DNA from: Thermomonas sp.
GTDB lineage: Bacteria; Pseudomonadota; Gammaproteobacteria; Xanthomonadales; Xanthomonadaceae
Assembly: GCF_047606765.1 (NCBI RefSeq)
Contig: NZ_JASGED010000070.1
Location: forward strand, 2,095 to 66,094
Length of the DNA stretch: 64,000 bases
Direction: 5' to 3'
Position 1 is the first letter of the stretch. Each line of letters begins with the position of its first letter. Below are positions 50,008 to 60,229 of the stretch, piece by piece. The notes beneath the pieces were generated by a model. It was not told the origin of the DNA, ran no database searches, and saw only the letters and a list, made by a program, of their open reading frames with translations. Position numbers and translations under genes: made by a program.

Positions 50008-50478
50008 TCAGGGCATGCCCTGCGTGCCTTGCTGCGGATAGTGCGCGATGCACTCCACTTCCAGTGCCGCGCCCAGCGCCAGCCCGCTGGACCCGAACGC
50101 GCTGCGCGCGGGCAGGCGCGCGCGATCCGGGAAATAGTCCAGATACACCCGGTTGAACTCCGGCCAGCGCGCCATGTCCTCGATCATCACCACGCACTTC
50201 ACCACGTGCTGCATGCCCAGGCCGGCCATGCTCAGGGCCGCGACCAGATTGTCCATTGCCTGCCGCGCCTGCGCCTCGAAATCCGCCGGCAGCTTGCCCT
50301 GCGCATCCACCCCGATCTGGCCCGACAGGTACAGCGTGTCGCCCGCGCGCACGGCCGCCGAGAACGGATACGGGCTGGCCGGGTCGCGGAAATGCTGCAG
50401 CGGCGAGGCGGGCTCGCCGGCGGACGCGACGCCCGCGATGGACAACAGGATGGCGGCAAGGAATCGGGACATGGGCAT
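50008..50478 (-). CDS. RidA (YjgF/UK114) family protein with signal peptide
   Basis: 156 aa within ORF 50008..50769(-). MPMSRFLAAILLSIAGVASA signal; YLSGQIG...; C-terminal PARSAFG...LEVECIA matches the family signature, including the conserved Arg. The ATG shares 1 nt with the upstream stop (TGATG). Confidence 0.8.
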   Translation of the reverse strand: MPMSRFLAAILLSIAGVASAGEPASPLQHFRDPASPYPFSAAVRAGDTLYLSGQIGVDAQGKLPADFEAQARQAMDNLVAALSMAGLGMQHVVKCVVMIEDMARWPEFNRVYLDYFPDRARLPARSAFGSSGLALGAALEVECIAHYPQQGTQGMP

Positions 50479-52151
50479 CACCGGTGCGGGGAAGAAAACA
50501 GAGGTTGCGGGCGCGGCATCGGCGCATCCCGCTGCGCGGCATCGAGCGCCAGCAGCGCCTGCACGGTGGCGATGCGGGTCAGGCCATCGAAGTCGAGGCG
50601 CTCGTATGCATCCACGCTGGTATGGCGGGCGCGGGTCATGTAGTCGGTCGGATCCTGCAGGAACAGCAGCGCGGGCAGGCCGGCATCGGTATAGCTGGAC
50701 TGATCCGCAGGCCAGCCGGGGCCGTCCAGCACGAACTCCACGCCAAGCGATGCCAGCCGTGGCTGCCACTGGCGCAGCAAAGCTGCCATCGCCGGGTCGG
50801 CACCGGCGTAGATGCCGCGAATCGGGCCGCTGCCCATGTCCACCAGCATCGCCAGTGACAACGCCGCATGCGCGGCGCGCGGCACCGGCGCACCGGTGAC
50901 CAGACCGCTGGCAGGGTCACGCGGCACCTGCGCGTAATGCGCATCCACGTAGGCGCGCGAACCCAGCACGCCTTGCTCTTCGCCGGTGAACAGCACCATG
51001 CGGATCGTGCGGCGCGGCGCGATGGCAGAGGCACGGATGATGCGCATCGCCTCCAGCGCGCCGATCACGCCGGCACCGTCGTCCACCGCGCCGGTGGCAC
51101 CGGCCCAGCTGTCGAGGTGGGCCACGATCTCGACGGCCTCGCCACGCAGGCATGGGTCGGTGCCGGGGATCTCCGCGATCAGGTTGGCGGCGCGCACCGG
51201 TGCAGGCGTGGTGGTGGTGGCGACTTCGTATTCCACCTGCACCTGCACGCCCGAGCGCAGCAGGCGCGCAACCCGCCCGAACCCTTCGTTGCCGGCCACC
51301 AGCACCGGGAAGGCCGGTGCCCGCCCGGTTTGCCAGGGCCGGGCCACCAGCAGCGCGCTGTCATCCAGCAGCAGGCGCGCAGTGCCGGAGCCGGCGGCGG
51401 ACGGATCCCCCGCCAGCACCACCGCCTGCACGCCCTCGTCCATCAGGAACCGCGCCAGCCTGTCACGGAAGGCCCCACGATCAAGGCGGGCGGGAATGCG
51501 CGCGGCACGCCCGGCGAAATAACGCCGCACGCTGTCCAGTTCACGGCCTGCGCTGGCCGCATCGAAACGCGGCGATGGCGATGGCTGCGCCGCCAGTGCA
51601 TCCTGCGGCGGCAACGCGCCCAGGAACAGCACCTTGCCGCGCAGCCGGCCACGCCAGGCATCCAGCGCGGCGGCATCGTCCAGCTCGGCCCATGCGGCAT
51701 CGCCCTGCACCACGCCCGCACTGGCGACCGACCACGGCGCGGCCTGCGCCACGAACATCATCGGCACCGGTGCCTGCATGCGCATCCACGCACGCTGCTG
51801 GGTCCAGCCGTGGCCGAACACGCCCCAGTCCTCGAGACGCACGCGGGCCAGCCCGATCGCCCGCGCCTGGTCACTGGCCCAGACCAGCGCCGCGTCCAGG
51901 CCAGGCGAGCCGGTCAGGCGCGGCCCGATGCGATCCAGCAGGCCATGCGCCAGCGCCGGTGCGCGCGATGCCCCCAGCCCCAGCGCCTGCACATGTTCGC
52001 GCTGCGCGGCATCCAGTCCCTCGATGCCGCGCGCCGGGCAGCTTCCTGCGGATACCGGTGCCGGCCGCGCCAGCAGCGCCAGCCCCAGCAGCGCCGCAAC
52101 CTGCCATCCGGCGTGCCCGTGCCTGTTGCGGTTGCGTGCGCGTGTCTGCAT
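50478..52151 (-). CDS. M28 family metallopeptidase (PA-domain aminopeptidase-like, secreted)
   Basis: The C-terminal 557 codons of ORF 50478..53801(-). Start MQTRARNRNRHGHAGWQVAALLGLALLA is signal-like. IVAHLDSWAGATGAVDDGAGV...VLFTGEEQGVLGSRAY are M28 metal-ligand motifs. An alternative ATG at 52241 would overlap the MFS stop by 1 nt. Confidence 0.8.
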   Translation of the reverse strand: MQTRARNRNRHGHAGWQVAALLGLALLARPAPVSAGSCPARGIEGLDAAQREHVQALGLGASRAPALAHGLLDRIGPRLTGSPGLDAALVWASDQARAIGLARVRLEDWGVFGHGWTQQRAWMRMQAPVPMMFVAQAAPWSVASAGVVQGDAAWAELDDAAALDAWRGRLRGKVLFLGALPPQDALAAQPSPSPRFDAASAGRELDSVRRYFAGRAARIPARLDRGAFRDRLARFLMDEGVQAVVLAGDPSAAGSGTARLLLDDSALLVARPWQTGRAPAFPVLVAGNEGFGRVARLLRSGVQVQVEYEVATTTTPAPVRAANLIAEIPGTDPCLRGEAVEIVAHLDSWAGATGAVDDGAGVIGALEAMRIIRASAIAPRRTIRMVLFTGEEQGVLGSRAYVDAHYAQVPRDPASGLVTGAPVPRAAHAALSLAMLVDMGSGPIRGIYAGADPAMAALLRQWQPRLASLGVEFVLDGPGWPADQSSYTDAGLPALLFLQDPTDYMTRARHTSVDAYERLDFDGLTRIATVQALLALDAAQRDAPMPRPQPLFSSPHR

Positions 52152-52240
52152 TGCCGGATCATAGCCACGCCGCGCCGCACGGAATGTGCGAACGGGCACC
52201 GGTTCAGCACCGCAATCGCGCAAAACGTGCATCGCGCGCA

Positions 52241-53692
52241 TCACTTCACCGAACCTGCGGCATGCCGCGCCAATTGCTGGCGCATGGCCTCGAAGGTGGT
52301 GGCATCGATCGGGTAATGGCGCACGATCCATGCCGCCACCAGCACCAGCAAGGCGGGCAGCAGCGCAATCCCGATACGCAGGCCATCGCGCACGCCGGCA
52401 TCGGCAGCATCCACGCCATGGAAACCCACCACGGCAAGCAGCAGGCTGACCAGCACGCCCCCCAGCACCATGCCGCTTTGCTGGATCACCACCCACAGGC
52501 CATAGATCGCACCTTCGCGACGCCCGCCGCCCTGCAAGGCGTCGTACTCCACCGTGTCCGGCACCATCGCGTTGGGCAGCAGTTCCGCGCCTGCATTGAA
52601 CACGCCGAACACCAGCATCATCGCCACCAGTGCAGCCACTGTGCCGCCTGGCAGCCACAGGCTGCCTGCCCAGCAAACCACCAGCCCCAGATAGGCGGCG
52701 ATGCAGGCCTCGCGCTTGCCGATGCGCGCCGCCAGCCATGCCCATAACGGCGTGCTGGCAAGGCTGGCCAGCGACCCCGCCGGAAACAGCAGGCCCATCA
52801 GCGTGGCCGGCTGCCCATGCACCACGGTGACGGCATAGATCAGCGCACCACTGAAACAGACATTGGCCATGTTGGCGACCAGATAGCCCGCGCCCAGCAC
52901 GGCCAGCGGGCGGTTGCGGCGCAATGCCCGCCACTGCATGCGCAGGCCGTCCTGCGCCGGCGGCACGCGCACATCTGCGGCCTGCGGCGCGCGCGCAGTG
53001 GCGAAGAACACCAGCAGGCCACTGGCCAGGATCACGCCGCCGAACACCAGCCCGGCATTGCGATACCCCTGCAACGGCGTTGCCGCGCGCTCGACGATCC
53101 ACGGCAGCACCGAAATCGCCAGCAACACCGCCAGCCGCGATGCCATTTCCTTGTAGCCGATCAGGCCAAGGCGCTGCGCATAGTCCGGCACCATTTCCGG
53201 TGCCATCGCCGAGTACGGCACGTGGTAGAGGCTGACGCCGGTATTCACCAGCAGGTAGAGCAGCAGGAACATCACCGCCAGCAGTGGCGCGCCAGCCCCT
53301 GCCGGCAGCCAGAACATCGCCGCAAACGCCGGTGCCCAGAGCAAGGTTCCTGCCAGCACCCAGGGCCGTCGTCGTCCCCAGCGCGAGCGTGTGCGATCGG
53401 ACAGCACGCCTGCCAGCGGATCGGTGACGATGTTCCAGACACGCGGCACCACGGTGACCAGCCCGGCCAGCAAGACCGGCACCTGCAGCACCTCGGTCAG
53501 GTAATAAAGCAGGTAGATGCTGACGATGGCCATGTGGCTGGCAATCGCGAACTGCCCCGCTGCCCAGCCCAGGCGAACGGCAAGCGGAAGCGGCGTGGCG
53601 GGCGTTTGCACGGGCGGATCCTGCGAGGGTTGTGGGCAAGGCCACAGGGCCAAGGCGTCCCGGCACGATCCTAGTCCACGCCACCACTGCAT
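52241..53692 (-). CDS. MFS transporter, glycoside-pentoside-hexuronide (GPH):cation symporter family
   Basis: ORF 52241..53788(-). Loop motif DPLAGVLSDRTRSRWGRRRPW is the GPH signature, with about 12 TM segments. Start is uncertain: ATG at 53692, or GTG at 53611, which has AGGA 8 nt upstream. Confidence 0.8.
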   Translation of the reverse strand: MQWWRGLGSCRDALALWPCPQPSQDPPVQTPATPLPLAVRLGWAAGQFAIASHMAIVSIYLLYYLTEVLQVPVLLAGLVTVVPRVWNIVTDPLAGVLSDRTRSRWGRRRPWVLAGTLLWAPAFAAMFWLPAGAGAPLLAVMFLLLYLLVNTGVSLYHVPYSAMAPEMVPDYAQRLGLIGYKEMASRLAVLLAISVLPWIVERAATPLQGYRNAGLVFGGVILASGLLVFFATARAPQAADVRVPPAQDGLRMQWRALRRNRPLAVLGAGYLVANMANVCFSGALIYAVTVVHGQPATLMGLLFPAGSLASLASTPLWAWLAARIGKREACIAAYLGLVVCWAGSLWLPGGTVAALVAMMLVFGVFNAGAELLPNAMVPDTVEYDALQGGGRREGAIYGLWVVIQQSGMVLGGVLVSLLLAVVGFHGVDAADAGVRDGLRIGIALLPALLVLVAAWIVRHYPIDATTFEAMRQQLARHAAGSVK

Positions 53693-53812
53693 GCACAGGT
53701 TTTCCGCAGAACCACGCGCGGCCATGCAAAAATCCGCTTGCAGGCTGTCTGTCACGCACGTTATCGACGGCCAGAACGGCACAGCCACTCAAATCAGGCA
53801 CGGGAGCATGCG

Positions 53813-54289
53813 ATGACCGCCCTCGACAGTTACGACATCCGCATCCTGGAAGCCTTGCAGGTGCAGGGCGACATGACCATGTCCGACCTGTCCGAGCGCG
53901 TGCATCTTTCGCATTCGCAGTGCTCCCGGCGCGTCAAGCACCTGCGCGAGACCGGCCTGATCCGGGGCTTTGCCGCGATCCTCGACCCCGCCAAGCTGGG
54001 CCTGCAACTGAAGGCCTACATCACCGTCACCCTGAAGCTCAATTCGCAGGCCGCCACCGAGTTCCGCGCGCTGATCCGCGACACCGCCGAAATCCTGGAA
54101 TGCACGATGGTCACCGGCGATGGCGATTTCCTGCTGAAGGTGCATACCCGCGACCTGCCGCATTTCCGTGACCTGCTTTCGCAACTGGCGCAGGTGGACG
54201 TGGTGGCCAGCATGCGTTCCGTGATCGTGATCGACGACCTCAAGAACACCTCCGCGTTGCCGGTCTATCCGCAACCCGTGGCGCGTTGA
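53813..54289 (+). CDS. Lrp/AsnC family transcriptional regulator
   Basis: ATG at 53813 in ORF 53738..54289, with GGGAG 8 nt upstream. LDSYDIRILEALQVQGDMTMSDLSERVHLSHSQCSRRVKHLRETGLI, plus a C-terminal RAM/AsnC_trans_reg domain. Confidence 0.9.
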   Translation: MTALDSYDIRILEALQVQGDMTMSDLSERVHLSHSQCSRRVKHLRETGLIRGFAAILDPAKLGLQLKAYITVTLKLNSQAATEFRALIRDTAEILECTMVTGDGDFLLKVHTRDLPHFRDLLSQLAQVDVVASMRSVIVIDDLKNTSALPVYPQPVAR

Positions 54290-54390
54290 GCAATAACGAA
54301 GCACGCGCGGCGGCATTCGTGACTTCTGATCGAGGCATCCTGCAGCCTGCGCACTAAGCTCGCATTTCCATCCGGGCCCGGGACGCCACG

Positions 54391-56364
<1,974 letters not shown>

Positions 56365-56369
56365 CGTTT

Positions 56370-56489
56370 CCTTCTCCCCGCGTGCGGGGAGAAGGTGCCC
56401 GAAGGGCGGATGAGGGGCATCGGCAGGCCGCGCGAAAAGCCCCCTCACCCGCCTTCGGCACCCTCTCCCCGTCTGCGACGGGGAGAGGG
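56370..56489. repeat. REP family 3, inverted pair
   Basis: CCTTCTCCCCGCGTGCGGGGAGAAGGTGCCCGAAGGGCGGATGAGGGG (56370..56417) and its approximate inverse CCCCCTCACCCGCCTTCGGCACCCTCTCCCCGTCTGCGACGGGGAGAGGG (56440..56489). A related copy lies at 61913..62026. Confidence 0.8.
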
Positions 56490-57341
56490 AAGCGATCTCG
56501 TCTCGCGCAGCAATAGCGCACGCTTGCGTTCCACGCCCCAGCGATAGCCGGACACGCTGCCGTCGCTGCGCACCACGCGATGGCAGGGAATCGCCACCGC
56601 CAGCGTGTTGGATGCACACGCATGCGCCACCGCGCGCACGGATTTCGGGCTGCCGATGCGCTGTGCGATCTGCGCATAGCTTGCGGTTTCACCTGAAGGT
56701 ATTGCGCGCAGCGCTTCCCACACGCGCTGCTGGAAGGCGGTGCCGCGAATATCCAGTGGCAGGTCCAGGCCAAGTTGCGGTGCTTCGATCAAGCCAACCA
56801 CCTGTGCCACCAGGCGCTCGAATGCCACATCGCCGCCGATCAGTTCCGCACGTGGAAAGCGATCCTGCAATTCGCGCAGCAGGGCATCGGCATCGTCACC
56901 CAATGAAATCGCGCACACGCCGCACTGGCTGCGGGCGACCAGGATCGCACCCAGCGAACACTGGCCGATGGCGAATGCGATGCGCGTATCCGCGCCGCCA
57001 TCGCGGTACTGCGCCGGCTTCATCCCCAGCATGGCCTCGGCGCTGTCGTAGAACCGGCTGCTGGCGTTGAAGCCGGCATCGAACGCGGCATCGGTCACCT
57101 TCGCGCCGCGTTTGGACAAGGCATCGCGCAGTGCCTTGCCGCGATGCGCCTGCGCATAGGCTTTCGGCGTAACCCCGGCCACCGCCTTGAACAGGCGGTG
57201 GAAGTGATGCGGACTAAGCCCGGCCTCGTGCGCCAGTGCATCCAGCGTAGGTGCCTGCTGCGCCGTTTCGATGTGGCGGCATGCGGCAGCGACCAGCGCG
57301 GCATCGCGGCGGGATTTGGCGAGGGCTGATTTCGCATGCAT
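56445..57341 (-). CDS. AraC-type HTH fused to methylated-DNA-protein-cysteine methyltransferase (Ada-like, lacking the N-terminal Zn domain)
   Basis: 298 aa. LSPHHFHRLFKAVAGVTPKAY is an AraC HTH. The C-terminal MGMT domain has TAFQQRVWEAL...IPCHRVV (PCHR active site). No Cys4 methylphosphotriester domain is visible. Confidence 0.85.
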   Translation of the reverse strand: MHAKSALAKSRRDAALVAAACRHIETAQQAPTLDALAHEAGLSPHHFHRLFKAVAGVTPKAYAQAHRGKALRDALSKRGAKVTDAAFDAGFNASSRFYDSAEAMLGMKPAQYRDGGADTRIAFAIGQCSLGAILVARSQCGVCAISLGDDADALLRELQDRFPRAELIGGDVAFERLVAQVVGLIEAPQLGLDLPLDIRGTAFQQRVWEALRAIPSGETASYAQIAQRIGSPKSVRAVAHACASNTLAVAIPCHRVVRSDGSVSGYRWGVERKRALLLRETRSLPSPRRRRGEGAEGG

Positions 57342-57402
57342 GGCATCACTCTAGCCCTGCCCGGCGCATCGGGCATCCCGTTTCTTGCGATCGGAAATGG
57401 CT

Positions 57403-57485
57403 GTCATCCCCGCGAAGGCGGGGATCCATGGACGTTAACTTTTTGAACAACAAAGTCCATGGATTCCCGCCTTCGCGGGAATGAC
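57403..57485. repeat. REP family 1 element, variant copy e
   Basis: Arms GTCATCCCCGCGAAGGCGGGGATCCATGG (57403..57431) and CCATGGATTCCCGCCTTCGCGGGAATGAC (57457..57485). AT-rich spacer of about 25 bp. Confidence 0.85.
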
Positions 57486-57503
57486 GAGCAAAAAACAGCT
57501 TCG

Positions 57504-58148
57504 CTATTTCACCTTGCGGAAGGTCAGGTTGAAGCGTGCCTCGCCGGTGCGCGGGTGCAGGCCCGGCTTCACCGGCAGCACGCCGTGGAAGCGCATGCGA
57601 TCCGCGCCGCCCCAGACCACCACGTCGCCATGCGCCAGCGGCACGCGCACGCATGCATCGCCGCGCGCAAAACCGCCGAGCAGGAACGTTGCCGGCAAGC
57701 CCAGCGACACCGACACGATGGGCGCAACGCGGTCGTCCTCGTCGCGATCCTGATGCAGGCTCAAGCGCGTGCCCGGTGCATAGCGGTTGATGAGGCAGGC
57801 GTCCGGCAGATAGCCATCAAAACCGGCTTCGGCGGCGGCATCACGGGCAAGGCGCAGGAACGCATCCGGCAGCACCGGCCACGGCTTGCCGGTTTGCGGA
57901 TCGCTGCGGTCATAGCGATAGCCGCGCCGGTCGCTGCACCAGCCAAACCTGCCGCTGTTGGTCATCGCCACCTGCATCGCGTGCCCGCCGGGCGTGACCA
58001 GATGGCGGAAAGGCGCGGCATCGGCAATCGTGGCGATGCCGGCCAGCAGCGCATCCTCGAACGGCAACGCAAAGCCGTGCAGCACGCAGGCCTGCACAGA
58101 CAGCTGCGTGCGGGTTCCCGATTGCAGCGCGGCGAACAGGTCGTTCAC
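57504..58148 (-). CDS. alkB: Alpha-ketoglutarate/Fe(II)-dependent DNA/RNA dealkylating dioxygenase
   Basis: The C-terminal 214 codons of ORF 57504..58757(-). (V)NDLFAALQS aligns with E. coli AlkB MLDLFADAEP. Also [21 protein letters not shown]...IVSVSLG...[11 protein letters not shown]...RFNLTFR. The start is inferred as the GTG at 58148 in the ORF-track frame; the only upstream in-frame ATG is at 58310. Confidence 0.85.
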   Translation of the reverse strand: MNDLFAALQSGTRTQLSVQACVLHGFALPFEDALLAGIATIADAAPFRHLVTPGGHAMQVAMTNSGRFGWCSDRRGYRYDRSDPQTGKPWPVLPDAFLRLARDAAAEAGFDGYLPDACLINRYAPGTRLSLHQDRDEDDRVAPIVSVSLGLPATFLLGGFARGDACVRVPLAHGDVVVWGGADRMRFHGVLPVKPGLHPRTGEARFNLTFRKVK

Positions 58149-59086
58149 GCCTGCCGCGAAAGCTCCATCACGGGCAACGCTTGCGGTTGCAGCAGCGGTT
58201 GCAGCCAGTGATCCGCCAGCAGCAAGGCAAACAGCGCCATCAGATAGACGATGGAGTACTTGAACGCGCGCATCGCGAAGAACTCGTCCGGCGGATCCAG
58301 CAGCTTCCATGCGTACCAGAGGAACACCGCGCCCAGCACCAGCGCGCCGCACAGGTAGAACAGCCCGCTCATGTGCGTGGCCCACGGCAGGATGGTGGCG
58401 ACCACCAGCAACACGGTGTACAGCAGGATCTGCCAGCGCGTGTATGCGACGCCGTGGGTGACCGGCAGCATCGGCACCAGCGCGCGCGCGTAGTCCTCGC
58501 GGCGGAAGATCGCCAGCGCCCAGAAGTGCGGCGGCGTCCACACGAAAATGATCAGCACCAGCAGCAGCGCATGCGCCCAGTCCCACTGGCCCTGCATGCC
58601 GGTCACGGCAGCCCAGCCCAGCAGCGGCGGCGCGGCACCGGCGATGCCGCCAATCACGATGTTCTGCGGCGTGGCGCGCTTCAGCCAGCCGGTATAGACG
58701 ATGGCATAGCCGATCAATGAAGCGAAGGTGAGCGCCGCGCAGATCGCGTTCACCCACAGCAGCAGGATCGCCATCGAAGCCACGCCCAACACGATGGCGA
58801 ACGCCAGCACCTGCGCCGGTCGCAGCGCGCCGGTCGCCAGCGGGCGGTCGGCGGTGCGCACCATCACCTTGTCAATGCGCTGATCCAGCAGATGGTTGAT
58901 CGCCGCCGCGCTGGCCGCCGCCAGCCAGATGCCAATACTGCCGGCGATGAGCCGCAGCCACGGCCAGTCATCGCCCGGCTGGATGGCAAGCAGCATGCCG
59001 ATGATCGCGGTGAACACGATCAGCGCGACCACGCGCGGCTTTGTCAGCACCCAGTACTGCGATGCGATGGAAGACGTGGCGCTCAT
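58145..59086 (-). CDS. ctaB: Protoheme IX farnesyltransferase (heme O synthase)
   Basis: ORF 58145..59404(-), whose 59404 start is GTG. ATG at 59086 ([20 protein letters not shown]...). UbiA-family motifs [19 protein letters not shown] and [10 protein letters not shown]. Confidence 0.93.
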   Translation of the reverse strand: MSATSSIASQYWVLTKPRVVALIVFTAIIGMLLAIQPGDDWPWLRLIAGSIGIWLAAASAAAINHLLDQRIDKVMVRTADRPLATGALRPAQVLAFAIVLGVASMAILLLWVNAICAALTFASLIGYAIVYTGWLKRATPQNIVIGGIAGAAPPLLGWAAVTGMQGQWDWAHALLLVLIIFVWTPPHFWALAIFRREDYARALVPMLPVTHGVAYTRWQILLYTVLLVVATILPWATHMSGLFYLCGALVLGAVFLWYAWKLLDPPDEFFAMRAFKYSIVYLMALFALLLADHWLQPLLQPQALPVMELSRQA

Positions 59087-60225
59087 GCGTCCGGCGCACG
59101 CACCCGCGCCAGCAAAGTGACCAGCACGAACAGCAGCGCGGCGGCGCCGGCGTTGTGCAGCACTGCAATCTTCAACGGCAGCGACAGCATCACGTTGGCG
59201 ATGCCAAGGCCGACCTGCGTCAGCAGCAGCACGGCCAGCAGCGCGCCCCAGCCACGCAGGCCGGGGTTGCGCAGCAGGCGCACCGCGACCGCCATCAGGT
59301 GACCGAACACCAGCAGCGCCATGATCCGGTGCGCAAGCTGGATGGCGACGCGCGCAGCGTTGTCGAGGACGCCGCCTTCGTAATCGACACCGATCCCGCG
59401 CCACAGCACGAAGCCTTCGGCGAAATCATGCTGCGGCCACCACTGCCCCGCGCACTTCGGGAAATCCGTGCCACAGGCCAGCGCGGCGTAATTGGCGCTG
59501 GTCCAGCCACCCAGCGCAATCTGCACGGCCAGCAATACAAGGCCCACTACCAACAAGCGGCGCAGGCGCGCGGCATCGCCACTGATGATGAAGATGCCGG
59601 TGGACTTCCACGCCATCCAGACCAGCAATGCAAAGGTCAGCATGCCGCCCAGCAAGTGCCCCGTCACCACGATGGGTTTGAGCAGCCAGGTCACCGTCCA
59701 CATGCCGAGCAAGGCCTGGAAGATGATGACTGCGAGCGTCAGCGTGGCAGTGCGCGCCAGATCCATGTTCGACCATCGCAACGCGCCGATCAGCAGCAAG
59801 GCTTCGCCGAACACGGCAAGCGCGGACGCCGCCACATGCTGCCCGCGCATGTACAGCGGGATGGCGATGGCAACCGCCACCGAAGCGCCGATCACATGCA
59901 GCCAACCTTGCGGGCGCTTGCGCGTGGCAAGCAGCGCAAGTGCCAGCACCAGCACGCCCAGCAGGCCGGCGATCATGCGATGGAACTGTTCGCGCCACGC
60001 CTTCTCCGGCACCACCGGGCGGATCGCGGTGGCGGCGTGATCGCCGATCTGGTCGGCGTGCGTGGGCCATGCAGCCTTGCCGTAGCAGGTCGGCCAGTCC
60101 GGGCAGCTGAGGCCCGCGTCGGACAGGCGCACGAACGCACCGAACACGATCACGCAGGCGGCAAGCAGCACCGCAAACCATGCGATGCGGTGGAAATGGC
60201 GATACAGGGGCGTGCTCGGGTTCAT
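59083..60225 (-). CDS. ctaA: Heme A synthase (COX15/CtaA)
   Basis: 380 aa, polytopic. [10 protein letters not shown] motif with conserved His-containing helices (HRMIAG, HLLGG, AHRIMA). Its stop overlaps the ctaB start (ATGA). Confidence 0.9.
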   Translation of the reverse strand: MNPSTPLYRHFHRIAWFAVLLAACVIVFGAFVRLSDAGLSCPDWPTCYGKAAWPTHADQIGDHAATAIRPVVPEKAWREQFHRMIAGLLGVLVLALALLATRKRPQGWLHVIGASVAVAIAIPLYMRGQHVAASALAVFGEALLLIGALRWSNMDLARTATLTLAVIIFQALLGMWTVTWLLKPIVVTGHLLGGMLTFALLVWMAWKSTGIFIISGDAARLRRLLVVGLVLLAVQIALGGWTSANYAALACGTDFPKCAGQWWPQHDFAEGFVLWRGIGVDYEGGVLDNAARVAIQLAHRIMALLVFGHLMAVAVRLLRNPGLRGWGALLAVLLLTQVGLGIANVMLSLPLKIAVLHNAGAAALLFVLVTLLARVRAPDA

Positions 60226-60229
60226 GCGC

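Noticed and set aside
52151-52241. Extending the M28 peptidase to the ATG at 52241, which would overlap the MFS stop as TGATG
   Set aside because: This would give a roughly 45-residue charged segment before the hydrophobic core, which is atypical for a Sec signal. It is kept only as an alternative start in the feature evidence.
52152-53801. The N-terminal 550 codons of the 1107-aa ORF 50478..53801(-)
   Set aside because: This part overlaps the GPH-type MFS gene in a different frame and has a Gly/Arg/Ala-rich composition. Only the C-terminal M28 peptidase portion has motifs and a signal peptide.
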